Shown here one piece after another: positions 27,149-39,606 of a stretch of 64,000 bases of DNA. Source of the stretch: Octopus sinensis. Taxonomy: Eukaryota. Below the pieces are notes generated by a model. That model saw nothing but the letters and a program-made list of their open reading frames with translations. It was not told where the DNA came from and did not search any database. The stretch covers positions 4,526,001-4,590,000 of the forward strand of contig NC_043015.1 of the NCBI RefSeq assembly GCF_006345805.1, read 5' to 3'. The translations under genes and the position numbers were made by a program. Every line of letters begins with the position of its first letter. Position 1 is the stretch's first letter.

Positions 27149-27799
27149 GATGAATAGACAGAATGATATAGATAGAGAGAGATATAAAATGCGTTTATAT
27201 AACTAATTTGGAATATAACTATATAGTTGAAGTAGAAAAGTTACGAAGCAATTGATTATATCCATAATTTTTTTACAACATCCTCGCTTAATTTTTCTTC
27301 ATATGAAGCGTTCAAACATTTGTGTCCGTATTACTTATGATTTCATATCGCATAGAAATTTTTCAGAATTTGTTTTTAATATATTTTATATTACCCTAGT
27401 AATCATACTAATCATTTTAAATCAGTAGTAATCAACAAAATCATAATACAAATTAAGATTGGTGGGATACTATAAGCAAAAATATATAGTAAATTAACAA
27501 TCACCTCTGAAATTCTTTCTACAAAAAATATACGAATAAATAAAGATTCACGGCCAAATTCTCTTCCAGCGATTATTATCACTATATTAATCGATGTCAA
27601 ATGTGTTTTTTTTTTAATTTCTTTGCTTGTTGTTTTGTTTCGTACATAAACATTAACCATTCGGCACATTAAGTTAGATTTAGAGAGATAATTTAGGAGA
27701 TATAAAAATCATTATAATGGACGGCTTGGATATTATAATGAATATCACATCGATCAATTGTGGAATATGGCAAGATAAAATTAAGAAAAACATTCGTAT

Positions 27800-28805
27800 A
27801 TCATGATCATCATGATCAGCATCACGATCATGAGCATGATCGTTATCATCACACCCACCACGACCATCACCATCTCCACCTCCACCATCACCACCATCAC
27901 CATCTCCACCTCCACCATCACCACCACCTACACCTACACCACCATCACCACGACCACGACCACCACCTACACCACTACCACCACCACCACCACCACCACC
28001 ACCTACACCATCACCACCACCACCACCACCACCACCACCTACACCACCACCACTGTCACCGTCGTCGTCGTCATCATCATCATCATCATCTGCGTTTTCT
28101 TCGATTTCTTCTTTTCTAATACTTGATGTTTTGCTATTCTCGATGTTATCGTCTTTGTTGTTGTTGTCACTGTTGTTGTTGTTCTAATTCTTCTACTTCT
28201 TCTTCGTCTTCTTCTTCTTCTTCTTCTTCTTCTTCTTCTTCTTCGTCTTCTTCTTCTTCTGCACCCCCTTCTTCTTTTTCCCCTTCTACATCTTCACCTT
28301 TTACATTAGTATCGTCATTGTCGTCGACGCCGTCATCATCATCATCATTATCATCATCACCATCATTACCATCGTTATCCTCATCATTGTTATCGCCATC
28401 ATCTTCATCATGATCACATTCGTCGTCATCATCATCATCATAATCATCGTCATTATCATCATCATCATCACCATCATTGAAACCACAAATCGTCGTCATC
28501 ATTATCATTACCATCATCATCATCATTACCATCGTCATCATCATCGTTATCGCCATCATCATCATCATGATCACCATCGTCGTCATCATCATCATCATAA
28601 TCATCGTCGTTATCATCATCATCATCATCACCATCATTGAAACCACAAATCGTCGTCATCATTATCATTATCATCATCATCATCATTACCATCGTCATCA
28701 TTATCGTTATCGCCATCATCATCATCATGATCACCATCTTCGTCATCATCATCATCATCATCACCATCATCACCATCATTGAAACCACAAATCGTCGTCA
28801 TCATT
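27800..28805. repeat. Compound (CAC)n/(TCT)n/(CAT)n tract with higher-order ~160-bp repeat
   Basis: Unique anchor gaaaccacaaatcgtcgtcatc at 28479, 28639 and 28781. Confidence 0.9.
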
Positions 28806-29145
28806 ATAATCTCCATTGGTTTACTATTGGTAATATGTAGTTGTTATCATCGATGCTGAGCTAGCTATTTTTAATCATTATTCTGAATCATTATTATTAT
28901 TAATGCTGTTCATTTTAAATCTGTGTTATTTTCTGTTTAGTTTAGATAGATTGAAATCAATAATGTCTGTTTTATATTATCTATTGATGTCACATTTGTC
29001 AAATTATTTAAGCTTCATAAAGCCAATCGGTCGTTGAAAAATCGGTCATGAGACGTTTGGAATATTACATAGTTAATATTTATTAAATATATAATAACAA
29101 ATTAATTTAAACATATGTAGTTATATACATATTTATGCATGCATA

Positions 29146-29222
<77 letters not shown>

Positions 29223-29241
29223 ATATATATAATATATATAT

Positions 29242-29287
<46 letters not shown>

Positions 29288-29399
29288 CACACATACACAT
29301 ATATATATATATATGTTTGTGTGCGTGTGTGTATATATATACTTATGTACATATATGTACATATAAGTACACACACACATATATATATATATGATGATT

Positions 29400-30370
29400 G
29401 CTTCCTCTTGAGAGATGATACCTCTCTCATCGCTCACACCACAACCTAACATGCCGTGCAATCTCTCGGTAGATGAGCCCTTAGGTGGCTTTTACGCACA
29501 CCTGATGGCTGACAAGATTTACAATGCAAATGAAAGATAATATTCAAGTTTCTTCTATATCTGAATGGATGTTTTTGTGAAATGGCATATGTATTTTAAA
29601 TTCAGATATTGCCTAACAAGTTTATTAGTATATCAGACAAGTCGTAAGAATTGGTTGGTGTCCAAGATCATTACCTATCTGTGCATTACGAGTTTCAAGT
29701 GTCTTTATATGGTTCACTTATACTGCCTTTGACAACAGAACATGGTCACATATAATACATATCCAATGTTTATGTTGATTACAGTTCCATTTCTTCATTT
29801 GCGACAGGCCCGTTTCACTTCAGAGCGATGTATCATCTCTTTCTCCTAGGTATTGCAAACAGTCCTAACAGCACCTCTCCACTTGTTCCGATCTAGAGTA
29901 TCATTTTCGCAATCACTTTTATTCAAATGCAGTTTCTTCAGGTTTTCCTTCACACAATCTTTATACATTTTCTTCAACTTATGTTGTGGTTGTTTACGAT
30001 ATTTGAGCTCACCATATAAAAGACGCTTTGGAAACCGCTCACATTTCATTCTTATAACCTGTCCTGTCCAATTCATTTGAGACAAGGTAACACATTGTTC
30101 AATTGAGCTGCAACGTGCCATGCACAAAATATCTGTATCTGGTAGGATACATTCCCTCTTAATTCCTAAGATATGCCTGAGTCACTTTTTTGATCAAATC
30201 TCTGCAGAAATTTTATGATACGTTTGTAAGTGTTCCATGTCTCACTTGAATAAAGAAGTGCAGACAATGCATACGCTTTAGAGACTCTGATTTTTGTCTC
30301 CAGTGAAATAATTCTATCCGCCCATACTCGCTTTTCGATCTTGCCAATTGCAACACTTCCCTTCAATATT
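29400..30370 (-). mobile_element. RTE-clade LINE 3' relic with C-terminal C2H2 zinc fingers
   Basis: ORFs 30166-30366 (KRVWADRIISLETKIRV..LSALLYSSETW) and 29846-30127 (QMNWTGQVIRM..RFPKRLLYGEL..DRNKWR), then three decayed C2H2-like motifs at 29465-29765. Confidence 0.85.
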
Positions 30371-30929
30371 CGATAGTATATATAGAGTTGAAATTCGTTT
30401 ATTGCTTCAGTAATTGCACACTGGTCCTACTGTGAGGAACTGACGGGAAATTTTCAGTCAAACCAAGCACAACGGGAATTAATTTTTAAGCCCGGCTCTT
30501 ATTCTTTCGGGAAGTTTGTGGTAAATCGCTAAGTTACAGGTCAAGAAATTCTCAATTTGTAATGAATTATAAAGACAAACTGAAACCCATGCACGCTCAA
30601 ACCCACACATACTCAAATCCACACATACATATGTACACCAGAACTGTTTCAGTTTCAATCTACCATGCACGCTGTCAATTTTCTTGTTGAGGTAATTGCT
30701 GAAAGTGCCATGCAGTTGTCATGGACACGTAACTATACGGACGGGAAGCTAGCTGCTAATTACACTGCCATACAAGGGGAAATATTCGATGCCTTTAACT
30801 GAAAGTTTATTTGCACGATTGTTGTTTTACTTTAAGGGCATTTAAATGTGTGTTATCCCTAATTTATAACACATACAGTTTTTTCATAATATTTCTTATG
30901 TCAATGTTGTTATATGGATAGGATATTTG

Positions 30930-31260
30930 GACCCTCACATCAGCACTCGAGAAGAAGATAAATGGTGGATACACAAATTGGTGTAGGATTGTGCAATACA
31001 GAAACCGGTGAGAACGTACTATAAATTAAAGTTTAGATGGGATCTTACGATTGTTGAAGAAGTAAGCAGGAAGCTGTATGCAATCAACTGCTGTGGAAAA
31101 CATCTCACGGGAGACGCAGTAGAGGAAGGGCTGCTCGGACATTCATTCAAGCAACACTCAGAAGATATAAGCCACACTATGTTGCACTTCCCATGAACAG
31201 CGGAAACCATTGAAACGTAGAGTGAGTCTACCAAGAAATTTCGATAGAGGTGATAAAGAT
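30930..31260 (+). mobile_element. Decayed RTE/RTEX-like fragment
   Basis: LEKKINGGYT (LEKKxDGxYTRMLR-like) followed by GLLGHSFK (RxAGHCxR-like). Confidence 0.4.
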
Positions 31261-32395
31261 TAATTTAATAAAATATGTTGGTTTTGAATTTAGTGCACGA
31301 AAATCAATTGATTATTCATAGTTATAATACATCCGTCCATCAATCCATCTATCCAACCATTCCCCCATACATACACATCCGTACTCGCACACACATACAC
31401 ACACACATATGTATGTATATATGAAGAGAGCGAAACATTGAAGGAGAGGAGAGATGATTAGTTTTGCATCCGTGTAAGTAAGATTTGAAAACAACATCAA
31501 TTTATGAAAATTTGCCCAAAACAATTATTATTTCCTACTTTTATTCGTTATTATGTTCGTATGGACAAATACAGGAATATCAGTTTCCAATCTATTGCCT
31601 AAACTATTCACGATATATATTTATTATATTATATTTCATGTAATATTATCATATTTAACATCATGCACTTTTCGTTTGAATAGGAAAACACAATATATAT
31701 TTAATCAATATTTAATTAATTTAAAATTAATTAATATTCTATTATTTTTCTCGTAAATCTGTCTAGTGATTTTTAATTTCCTTTCCACATATTTTATGCC
31801 ATCCGATTGTTCACTAAATAAGCTAGACGCATTTTTCTTCCACATATGATAGTCTGGTGTACTTTCGTTCGCTAGAAGATTATTTGCTTCTATTGTTACC
31901 CCACACCTCCACACCCTCTCTAGCAATATTCAACTTTAAAATCGAAAGAAGACTTTCCATTTGAATTTCAACCGACAGGGGTTCAATCTAATGAGTAACG
32001 CCATTAATATAACATTGACTATATATAATTAATCTGTCATGTGAGTGGAAATGTTCTGCTAGCCAAATTAGTGTAACTACTGCACAACTGACATAGACAT
32101 TATTCATTTTTCTACTCTTTATTACCGCAATGTATAATGATGTTCGCGGGCCACTTCCACTAACTGAGATTCCACTGATTTCTATATAAGTTAGAAATTG
32201 CATACTGTATATAGGAAACATTTTTAACACTTCTATACAACACTTTACACGAATAAATGAACTGCAACTACAATTTTTTATATTCTATTTCTACTCTCAT
32301 TCTGTTATTTTCCTCTATATTACCTAACTCCTCCTTTTCCATAATAATTCCATTTTTCGAACTGAAAAATGTACCTCTATTCAAACATCTCACAA

Positions 32396-32445
32396 CGTCT
32401 CCGATGAAGGGATATCCATAATATTCTAGAAACAGCTGTGATACT
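32396..32445 (+). ncRNA. Degenerate minimal hammerhead (CCGATGA core, GTG site) in a PLE-like terminal repeat
   Basis: CCGATGA-A-GGGATAT/ATATTCT-A-GAAAC-AGCT-GTG; palindromic ACAGCTGT; stem I only 3 of 5 pairs; G at the cleavage position. Confidence 0.4.
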
Positions 32446-32697
32446 ATATCTATATATCTTTACTTATAAACGTCCTCAAAACTCCTCACAGCATTGGCTT
32501 TGTTATAATATTTTGACTAATACATATAATTCTGGATATATTCTATCCAATGAAGGTGTTTATTTTACCTCTATTTTAATTAATATATCCGATCATATTT
32601 ATATTCTTTATAGAAAGGATAAAATCATTTAAATGATTCTATCAAGTGGTCATCGTGAAAGAACTCATACGTAATCTTTATATTATATATTAATATT

Positions 32698-32742
<45 letters not shown>

Positions 32743-34290
32743 ATTATATCAACAAATCGGACGAACCTCTCTGACACTAAATATAGAAACCAAATGGCGC
32801 TAAAATCCACGCTAAATATCCTATAGCACAGGGTAGAAGCTGGGAAACAAAAGATAAGGAACCGAACTTTCTACCTAATTGTGTATCACAACCACTTTGG
32901 AGCTTAAAGTAATAAAATATTTACTGCTATGACCAGAACAAATATTCAAAATCATATAAGTACAAGTGTTTATACATATGCATAGCAGTACCGAAGTTGC
33001 ACGGCCATAGACATACAGTTGCATGTATATAGAGTGAAAGTCGAATGTATCGCAGGGAATGCGACTTTAATCAGGAGTAAAAATATTTTTACTTATATTT
33101 TCTTCCGTGCAAATATATTTCCCTAAATTTAATTCATATACAAGATATTCAATATGATATTTTTATGGTAGCTCAACTATAGTATTTTGTGTTTCAAATG
33201 TTAGGTAAGATATAAATGCTATATTAGGCGTTCCTAATATTCTATTTTGAACTCGCTTTAAAGCATACTACCGATACTTGCCTCAAATTTTAAATAAAAT
33301 GAATACATTTGCAATGAATATTCCTGTAAAATCAAAGTGATACCATGAGTTCTGAAAAAATTTATAAGACAAAAACATATGATTTGAATAAAGAGCAATA
33401 TAAGATTCCTTGAGCGTAGATCAATAAAGATTTCAAACTTTGTGAGTGAGACCATCTAATGGTAATTTCCTCCCCCACCCCACCCCATAAAAATAGCGCT
33501 CTTTTGAAGAAGTTATAGAATGAGTTTTCATGTTGAAGAATGTGGCATAAACGTAGGCAGCAGCATTTAGAAACTACAATAAAAATTCATATCAGAAACT
33601 CAGAAAACTTGCGGAATTCTTATTAACTAGTTATAGTTACTTATCACCGGAGGAGACACATCTATACCGTCGGATGCTTCTGAACCTGTTAAATATGCCA
33701 CTCATGAAAGAGTGGCACTAGATGAGTCGAAACAGTTGTAGTAATTAATAAAATTCTCGTATCATTCATCTTCCGTCTTTCATTTACCATTTACCATATA
33801 TATGTATATATGGACGTACAGTGTCTGATATAACAACTTTCAATTGCAATAGGTTTATATACTTAGTCCAAAACTTTCATAAGAACACTATCCTTTAATA
33901 AACAATTAAATGTACAACAGAATAACAGTACGATATAATCTCCATTGTTTGAAATATATGTATGTTGCTCACATGTCCGTTGATAGAAACTCCCCCCATC
34001 CTTTGTTAATTACTTGATATGAAGTAGATGAATTCGTCAACTGCATTTATGTACACCCAGAGTATATTTTCAACAGCTAAAATGTTTAAACAATGCGTAG
34101 AACACGTTAACTACAATATTACAATAATCCATGTAATTGCCCTTTTTCGTTGTGTCCAATCCTATCAGTTCTTGCATTATTGAAAATGATGTTTCTTTCA
34201 TCACAGTACATCGGCAATCTTTGTTCATATCATTGCAACATCTGGGTTGTTAATATACTTCAAGAGGAACCTGAGCAACATTAGACTTAC

Positions 34291-34395
34291 TGGCACGATA
34301 TTGATTGTGAAAGTCGGAGACAGTACTATTTGCATCAGGCAGAACAAGTAATATGATGCAGGAAATAAATATCAGTAACAAGAAACAAGAAATCA
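34291..34395 (-). CDS. Candidate 105-nt exon encoding a hydrophobic signal-peptide/TM segment
   Basis: Acceptor ttgtcctttgttacacagtttacag, donor GTAAGT at 34290-34285, phase 1-1; encodes (V/M)ISCFLLLIFISCIILLVLPDANSTVSDFHNQYRA; no recognised homology. Confidence 0.35.
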
Positions 34396-34665
34396 CTGTA
34401 AACTGTGTAACAAAGGACAACTGTACTACACAACCTCCAGGCAACATAACACAGCATAATTTCTAGAAGGCATAAAAAATAAACGAAGCATCTAAGAAAT
34501 TGTTTATACAGACAGAGAATATTATGCACATTAAGCATAATATTCTTATATTTTGTTCTTTATGTCGGAAAGAACAAAACAATGTATATTTACTTCCTGC
34601 AATAATATATGCTGTGTATGGACGGAGGCAGCAAGTGTACCTTAGCGTTTTAAATTATAAACAGG

Positions 34666-34775
34666 CTTAAAATAGTTGAAAATAGATAAAGAATATATTG
34701 TTTCATCTACCTGCGAGTACTTAAAATAGTTGAAAATAACTAAAGATAATATTGTTTCATCTACCTGCGAGTACT
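34666..34775. repeat. 54-bp tandem duplication (2 copies)
   Basis: cttaaaatagttgaaaat..tattgtttcatctacctgcgagtact twice. Confidence 0.85.
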
Positions 34776-35974
34776 CGTGATCGAAACCTAAGTACCAACA
34801 CGATTATAACTGCAATAAGAAAACTTTCTTATGATATAGGTTTAAAAAGAGCTCCATGCAGGACAAACAGCAGCAGCAAGCCGAAATATAGTTGTGATCT
34901 CTGATATCAAAAATATTCATAATCCAGAATGACATGTAATTACAATGTAAATAATGTGCTACATTAACTCACAATAGCCTTTCTAATATAGACTTCGTAA
35001 GAATACTGTTTTCAACTGGATAACAGATTTCAATTTTTTCTCTAGAATAGCTTCGTTAATATTGTCTATCCGTTTAAAGCCGAAAGAAAGTTAGCTATTT
35101 CTTGTTGTTACATTTGAAAATTTTCTTTAAGTATAAGCCACTTCAAAAAACTTGAACTCTTTCATGCCTAGTCTCTAAGATTTATATTATTGTTATTGAT
35201 GAAAAATTGATATATTTCTCCTCCAGCCATGAAGAGAAAATATAATAAAATAAAAACAACCAATGCAATAGGACTAATAATAGGAAGTTCAGTGAATGTA
35301 TAATAAAATTTACATTCACACTAATTTCTAGTTAGTTCAAAATATAGAAAATGATACAAAGCAATTATTGATTTATATACACAGCAGTATATAAAGCCTT
35401 GTAATTATTTATGAAACTGTATTTATAATGACGCACGAAACATTTAACTCCTAACATCAAGTGTGTGTTATATGTTGATTCATTATTTTAATTAGATTTC
35501 CATACTCACCAGCATTGCATTTTATTTCAAGAACAAAACTACCAATGTTTTGGTCTATTGGAGTATTTCCGATTGAACAGTTATTTTTATTGTTTTATTT
35601 GTTATTTCTTTTCTGGAAATATATTATTAGTGTCTGCATTGCCAAAAATGATATATTTGAAGATAAAATATCATAATAATATATGTACCACACAAATTAA
35701 CCCAAATAGATTTTCACATGGGTAATTATGGGTGTTTGTCTTCCACTGTTTAGTCTCAAGTCAACCCTGATTGAGCAATACGCTGATCTCAAACATTCAA
35801 GACGCTAGCAACCCGTACTTTATGAAGCCGTTTGCATACAAGATCATATTATCTAATATTTCGTTTTCAAGACGTCAAGGGATAATGATTCGTTATGTGT
35901 AACTGGCTGAACGGTTGTAAGTGTATGTGAACTCTTCATTGAGAAGCATAAAGCTAACCAGATTTTCACCCAAT

Positions 35975-36240
35975 ATATTTACGCTCTGAATTCAAATTCC
36001 AGAGAGGTCCAGTTTCCCCTCTATACTTTCAGATTCGATAAAGTAGGTAACAGCTGAACACTTGGGTAGAAGTAATCGACTAACACCATTCCGCGATCTT
36101 GCCTTGTGACAACATTTGAAACAACTATTAACGGCAATGAGTTAACTGAATATTTACCATCGTATAAAATACCGCATGTCGATGTCGATATTGCCTTTCA
36201 TCGTTTCGGGGTGTATGAAATAAGTACCAATTGAACACCT
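35975..36240 (+). mobile_element. Decayed SINE family B fragments
   Basis: tacgctctgaattcaaattcc.. and gtcgatattgcctttcatcgtttcggggtg resemble 11505-11600. Confidence 0.5.
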
Positions 36241-36620
36241 ATGTCTCACTTTATGTTCATTCTACAAATGTGTGTGAACCAAATTAATTAAAGGGAAAAC
36301 TGTGAATGTTTAAACTATTATTCACATAAAATAGAACTTTCTAGAGGGTTAGGGTTAGAAATTTAATCTAAAGAAAATAACGAAAGCCTCAAAAATATAA
36401 AACAAAATATTATTGAGCATATTCATTATTAAAATGAATATCTTTGCAATATTACAATAGAATGAAGTGTTAAATTGATAAATTATGTTGGAAGTTGATA
36501 GTCACGTTGTTACATAATATTAATTGTACAGGCACGTTTATTTCTTAAATGGATTTATTGTCAGATAAAAGTACGACAAAAATTGTGGTTGGAATATAAT
36601 GATGTTAATAACAGCAAGAA

Positions 36621-36855
36621 CTAAAGGTAAAGAAAATCGAACGGAGATATATCTTCATAAATGACGCAATTTTGTTCAATGGATGATGAGTTTATTATGT
36701 GGATCGTTGGCGATTGTTTTTCCTCCGTCTTCTTTTTTCTCTTGGACTTTCCTCCGTCTCCTATTTCTGACGAAGACTTTTGCTCGAAACGTAGGACTAC
36801 ATTTCTTTCCTTCCCTGTGCGACTGCTAACACATTGCATGCACCATGTCCTGGTA
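36621..36855 (-). CDS. Candidate terminal coding exon (hydrophilic, ends IYEDISPFDFLYL*)
   Basis: Non-repetitive ORF of about 77 codons, GC-richer than flanks; weak acceptor; no recognised homology. Confidence 0.2.
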
Positions 36856-36906
36856 TTGTTGCTTAATTATTTCTTCCGTTGCTTCTTCGTTTTACTGGGG
36901 ATTTAC

Positions 36907-36937
<31 letters not shown>

Positions 36938-37252
36938 ACATATATATACAGGTTCAATAGTATATACACTAAAATAAAATGAAGGTATTTAAGACACACA
37001 CAGATACGGATGCACACATGTATAAACACATACGCACATAGTGATGTACACATATATTAACACACACACATACAGACATACACACACTCACATACTCATC
37101 TTGGACAGATCTCGGACGAATCCCAACGCTGGAACATAAGTTCAAAAGAAATGGAAATAGAGAGATGTGTCGCTGAAGAGATTGCAACAATGTAAATGAC
37201 AATTATTTGACAAAACAATAACAACTCCACCAGTACTGAATATATACATGTA

Positions 37253-37334
<82 letters not shown>

Positions 37335-37355
37335 CATGTATTTATATATGTATTA

Positions 37356-37712
37356 GGAGCACTCCGTCGGTTACGACGATGAGGGTCCCAGCTGATACGA
37401 TCAACGGAACAGCTTGCTCGTGGAATTAACGTGCAAGTGGCTGAGCATTCCACAGACACATGTACCCTTAACGTAGTTCTCGAGGAGATTCAGCGTGACA
37501 CAAAGTGTGACAAGGCTGGCCCTTTGAAATACAGGTACAACAGAAACAGGAAGAAAGAGTGAGAGAAAGTTGTGGTGAAAGAGTACAGCAGCCCCCCCCC
37601 CTGCTTTAGGTGTTTTCGCTCAATAAACACTCACAATGCCCGGTCTGGGAATCGAAACCGCGATCCTACGACCGCGAGTCCGCTGCCCTAACCACTGGGC
37701 CATTGCGCCTCC
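37356..37712 (-). mobile_element. tRNA-derived SINE (family C)
   Basis: Head GGAGGCGCAATGGCCCAGTGGTTAGGG with A box TGGCCCAGTGG and B box GTTTCGATTCC; tail ..ccctcatcgtcgtaaccgacggagtgc. Confidence 0.8.
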
Positions 37713-37925
37713 ACACACACACATACACACACTAATTTTATTGTATCGCATTTATCTTTGTTTACATATTCTCTCGATAAATTTCTGACCGTTAGACGAT
37801 ATACCACAATCCCCTATTTTGTCGGGTTTGTTCGGAGTCTGCGCAGCGTTTTGAATAGTTTAGAAAGAGCATTTCGATAGACGCACATGGATCTATTGGT
37901 ATGGTCTTTCCATCGTTAACAGGAA

Positions 37926-37998
37926 TCTTACTGAAGAGCCAGCCTGAGTAAATAAATACTATTTTTATTACTGAATTTGGCGAAACTGCGGTATAAGA
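37926..37998 (+). ncRNA. Minimal type I hammerhead ribozyme, unit 1
   Basis: TCTTA-CTGAAGA-GCCA..TGGC-GAAA-C-TGCG-G-TA|TAAGA; cleavage after 37993. Confidence 0.85.
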
Positions 37999-38328
37999 AA
38001 AGTTAAGTTTGTAAAAGTTTTTAATTCTCATCTCACTAAATTTATCCAGCTATTGTGTATCTAGTACACTCTTCGCCTTGAATGTAATGATATATGTATA
38101 ATATATGGCGTGTACTGGTACACCGGCGATTATAATTAATTTTATTGTATCGCATTTATCTTTGTTTACATATTCTCTCGATAATTTCTGACCGTTAGAC
38201 GATATACCACAATCCCCTATTTTGTCGGGTTTGTTCGGAGTCTGCGCAGTGTTTTGAATAGTTTAGAAAGAGCATTTCGATAGACGCACATGGATCTATT
38301 GGTATGGTCTTTCCATCGTTAACAGGAA

Positions 38329-38400
38329 TCTTACTGAAGAGCCAGCCTGAGTAAATAATACTATTTTTATTACTGAATTTGGCGAAACTGCGGTATAAGA
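38329..38400 (+). ncRNA. Minimal type I hammerhead ribozyme, unit 2
   Basis: Same core; cleavage after 38395. Confidence 0.85.
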
Positions 38401-38730
38401 AAAGTTAAGTTTGTAAAAGTTTTTAATTCTCATCTCACTAAATTTATCCAGCTATTGTGTATCTAGTACACTCTTCGCCTTGAATGTAATGATATATTTA
38501 TAATATATGGCGTGTACTGGTCACCGGCGATTATAATTAATTTTATTGTATCGCATTTATCTTTGTTTACATATTCTCTCGATAAATTTTCTGACCGTTA
38601 GACGATATACCACAATCCCCTATTTTGTCGGTTTGTTCGGAGTCTGCGCAGTGTTTTGAATAGTTTAGAAAGAGCATTTCGATAGACGCACATGGATCTA
38701 TTGGTATGGTCTTTCCATCGTTAACAGGAA

Positions 38731-38804
38731 TCTTACTGAAGAGCCAGCCTGAGTAAATAAATACTATTTTATTATACTGAATTTGGCGAAACTGCGGTAT
38801 AAGA
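38731..38804 (+). ncRNA. Minimal type I hammerhead ribozyme, unit 3
   Basis: Same core; cleavage after 38799. Confidence 0.85.
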
Positions 38805-39132
38805 AAAGTTAAGTTTGTAAAAGTTTTTAATTCTCATCTCACTAAATTTATCCAGCTATTGTGTATCTAGTACACGCTTCGCCTTGAATGTAATGAATAT
38901 GTATAATATATGGCGTGTACTGGTACACCGGCGATTATAATTAATTTTATTGTATCGCATTTATCTTTGTTTACATATTCTCTCGAAAATTTTTGACCGT
39001 TAGACGATATACCACAATCCCCTATTTTGTCGGGTTTGTTCGGAGTCTGCGCAGTGTTTTGAATAGTTTAGAAAGAGCATTTCGATAGCGCACATGGATC
39101 TATTGGTATGGTCTTTCCATCGTTAACAGGAA

Positions 39133-39205
39133 TCTTACTGAAGAGCCAGCCTGAGTAAATAAATACTATTTTTATTACTGAATTTGGCGAAACTGCGGTA
39201 TAAGA
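39133..39205 (+). ncRNA. Minimal type I hammerhead ribozyme, unit 4
   Basis: Same core; cleavage after 39200. Confidence 0.85.
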
Positions 39206-39533
39206 AAAGTTAAGTTTGTAAAAGTTTTTAATTCTCATCTCACTAAATTTATCCAGCTATTGTTATCTAGTACACTCTTCGCCTTGAATGTAATGATATA
39301 TGTATAATATATGGCGTGACTGGTACACCGGCGATTATAATTAATTTTATTGTATCGCATTTATCTTTGTTTACATATTCTCTCGATAATTTCTGACCGT
39401 TAGACGATATACCACAATCCCCTATTTTGTCGGGTTTGTTCGGAGTCTGCGCAGTGTTTTGAATAGTTTAGAAAGAGCATTTCGATAGACGCACATGGAT
39501 CTATTGGTATGGTCTTTCCATCGTTAACAGGAA

Positions 39534-39606
39534 TCTTACTGAAGAGCCAGCCTGAGTAAATAAATACTATTTTTATTACTGAATTTGGCGAAACTGCGGT
39601 ATAAGA
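39534..39606 (+). ncRNA. Minimal type I hammerhead ribozyme, unit 5
   Basis: Same core; cleavage after 39601. Confidence 0.85.

Noticed and set aside
27760-28840. Poly-His, poly-Asp/Glu and poly-Met ORFs
   Set aside because: Translations of trinucleotide microsatellites; the same applies to the YI, HT, poly-I, poly-N and poly-L ORFs throughout the window
33695-33745. Hammerhead-like CTCATGA..GAAACAGTTGTA
   Set aside because: Core mismatched and no consistent stem I or II; only the GAAAC-N4-GTA part fits
34291-35330. Cys-loop or chemotactile receptor M1-M2 interpretation of two hydrophobic frames
   Set aside because: Only vague similarity, no splice donor joins the 35.2-kb segment to the next, and no ligand-binding domain is visible
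37792-38031. Minus-strand ORF in array units (MRIKNFYKL..) as a tandemly duplicated exon
   Set aside because: No recognisable homology, disrupted by indels in most units, and the plus-strand hammerhead explains the unit better
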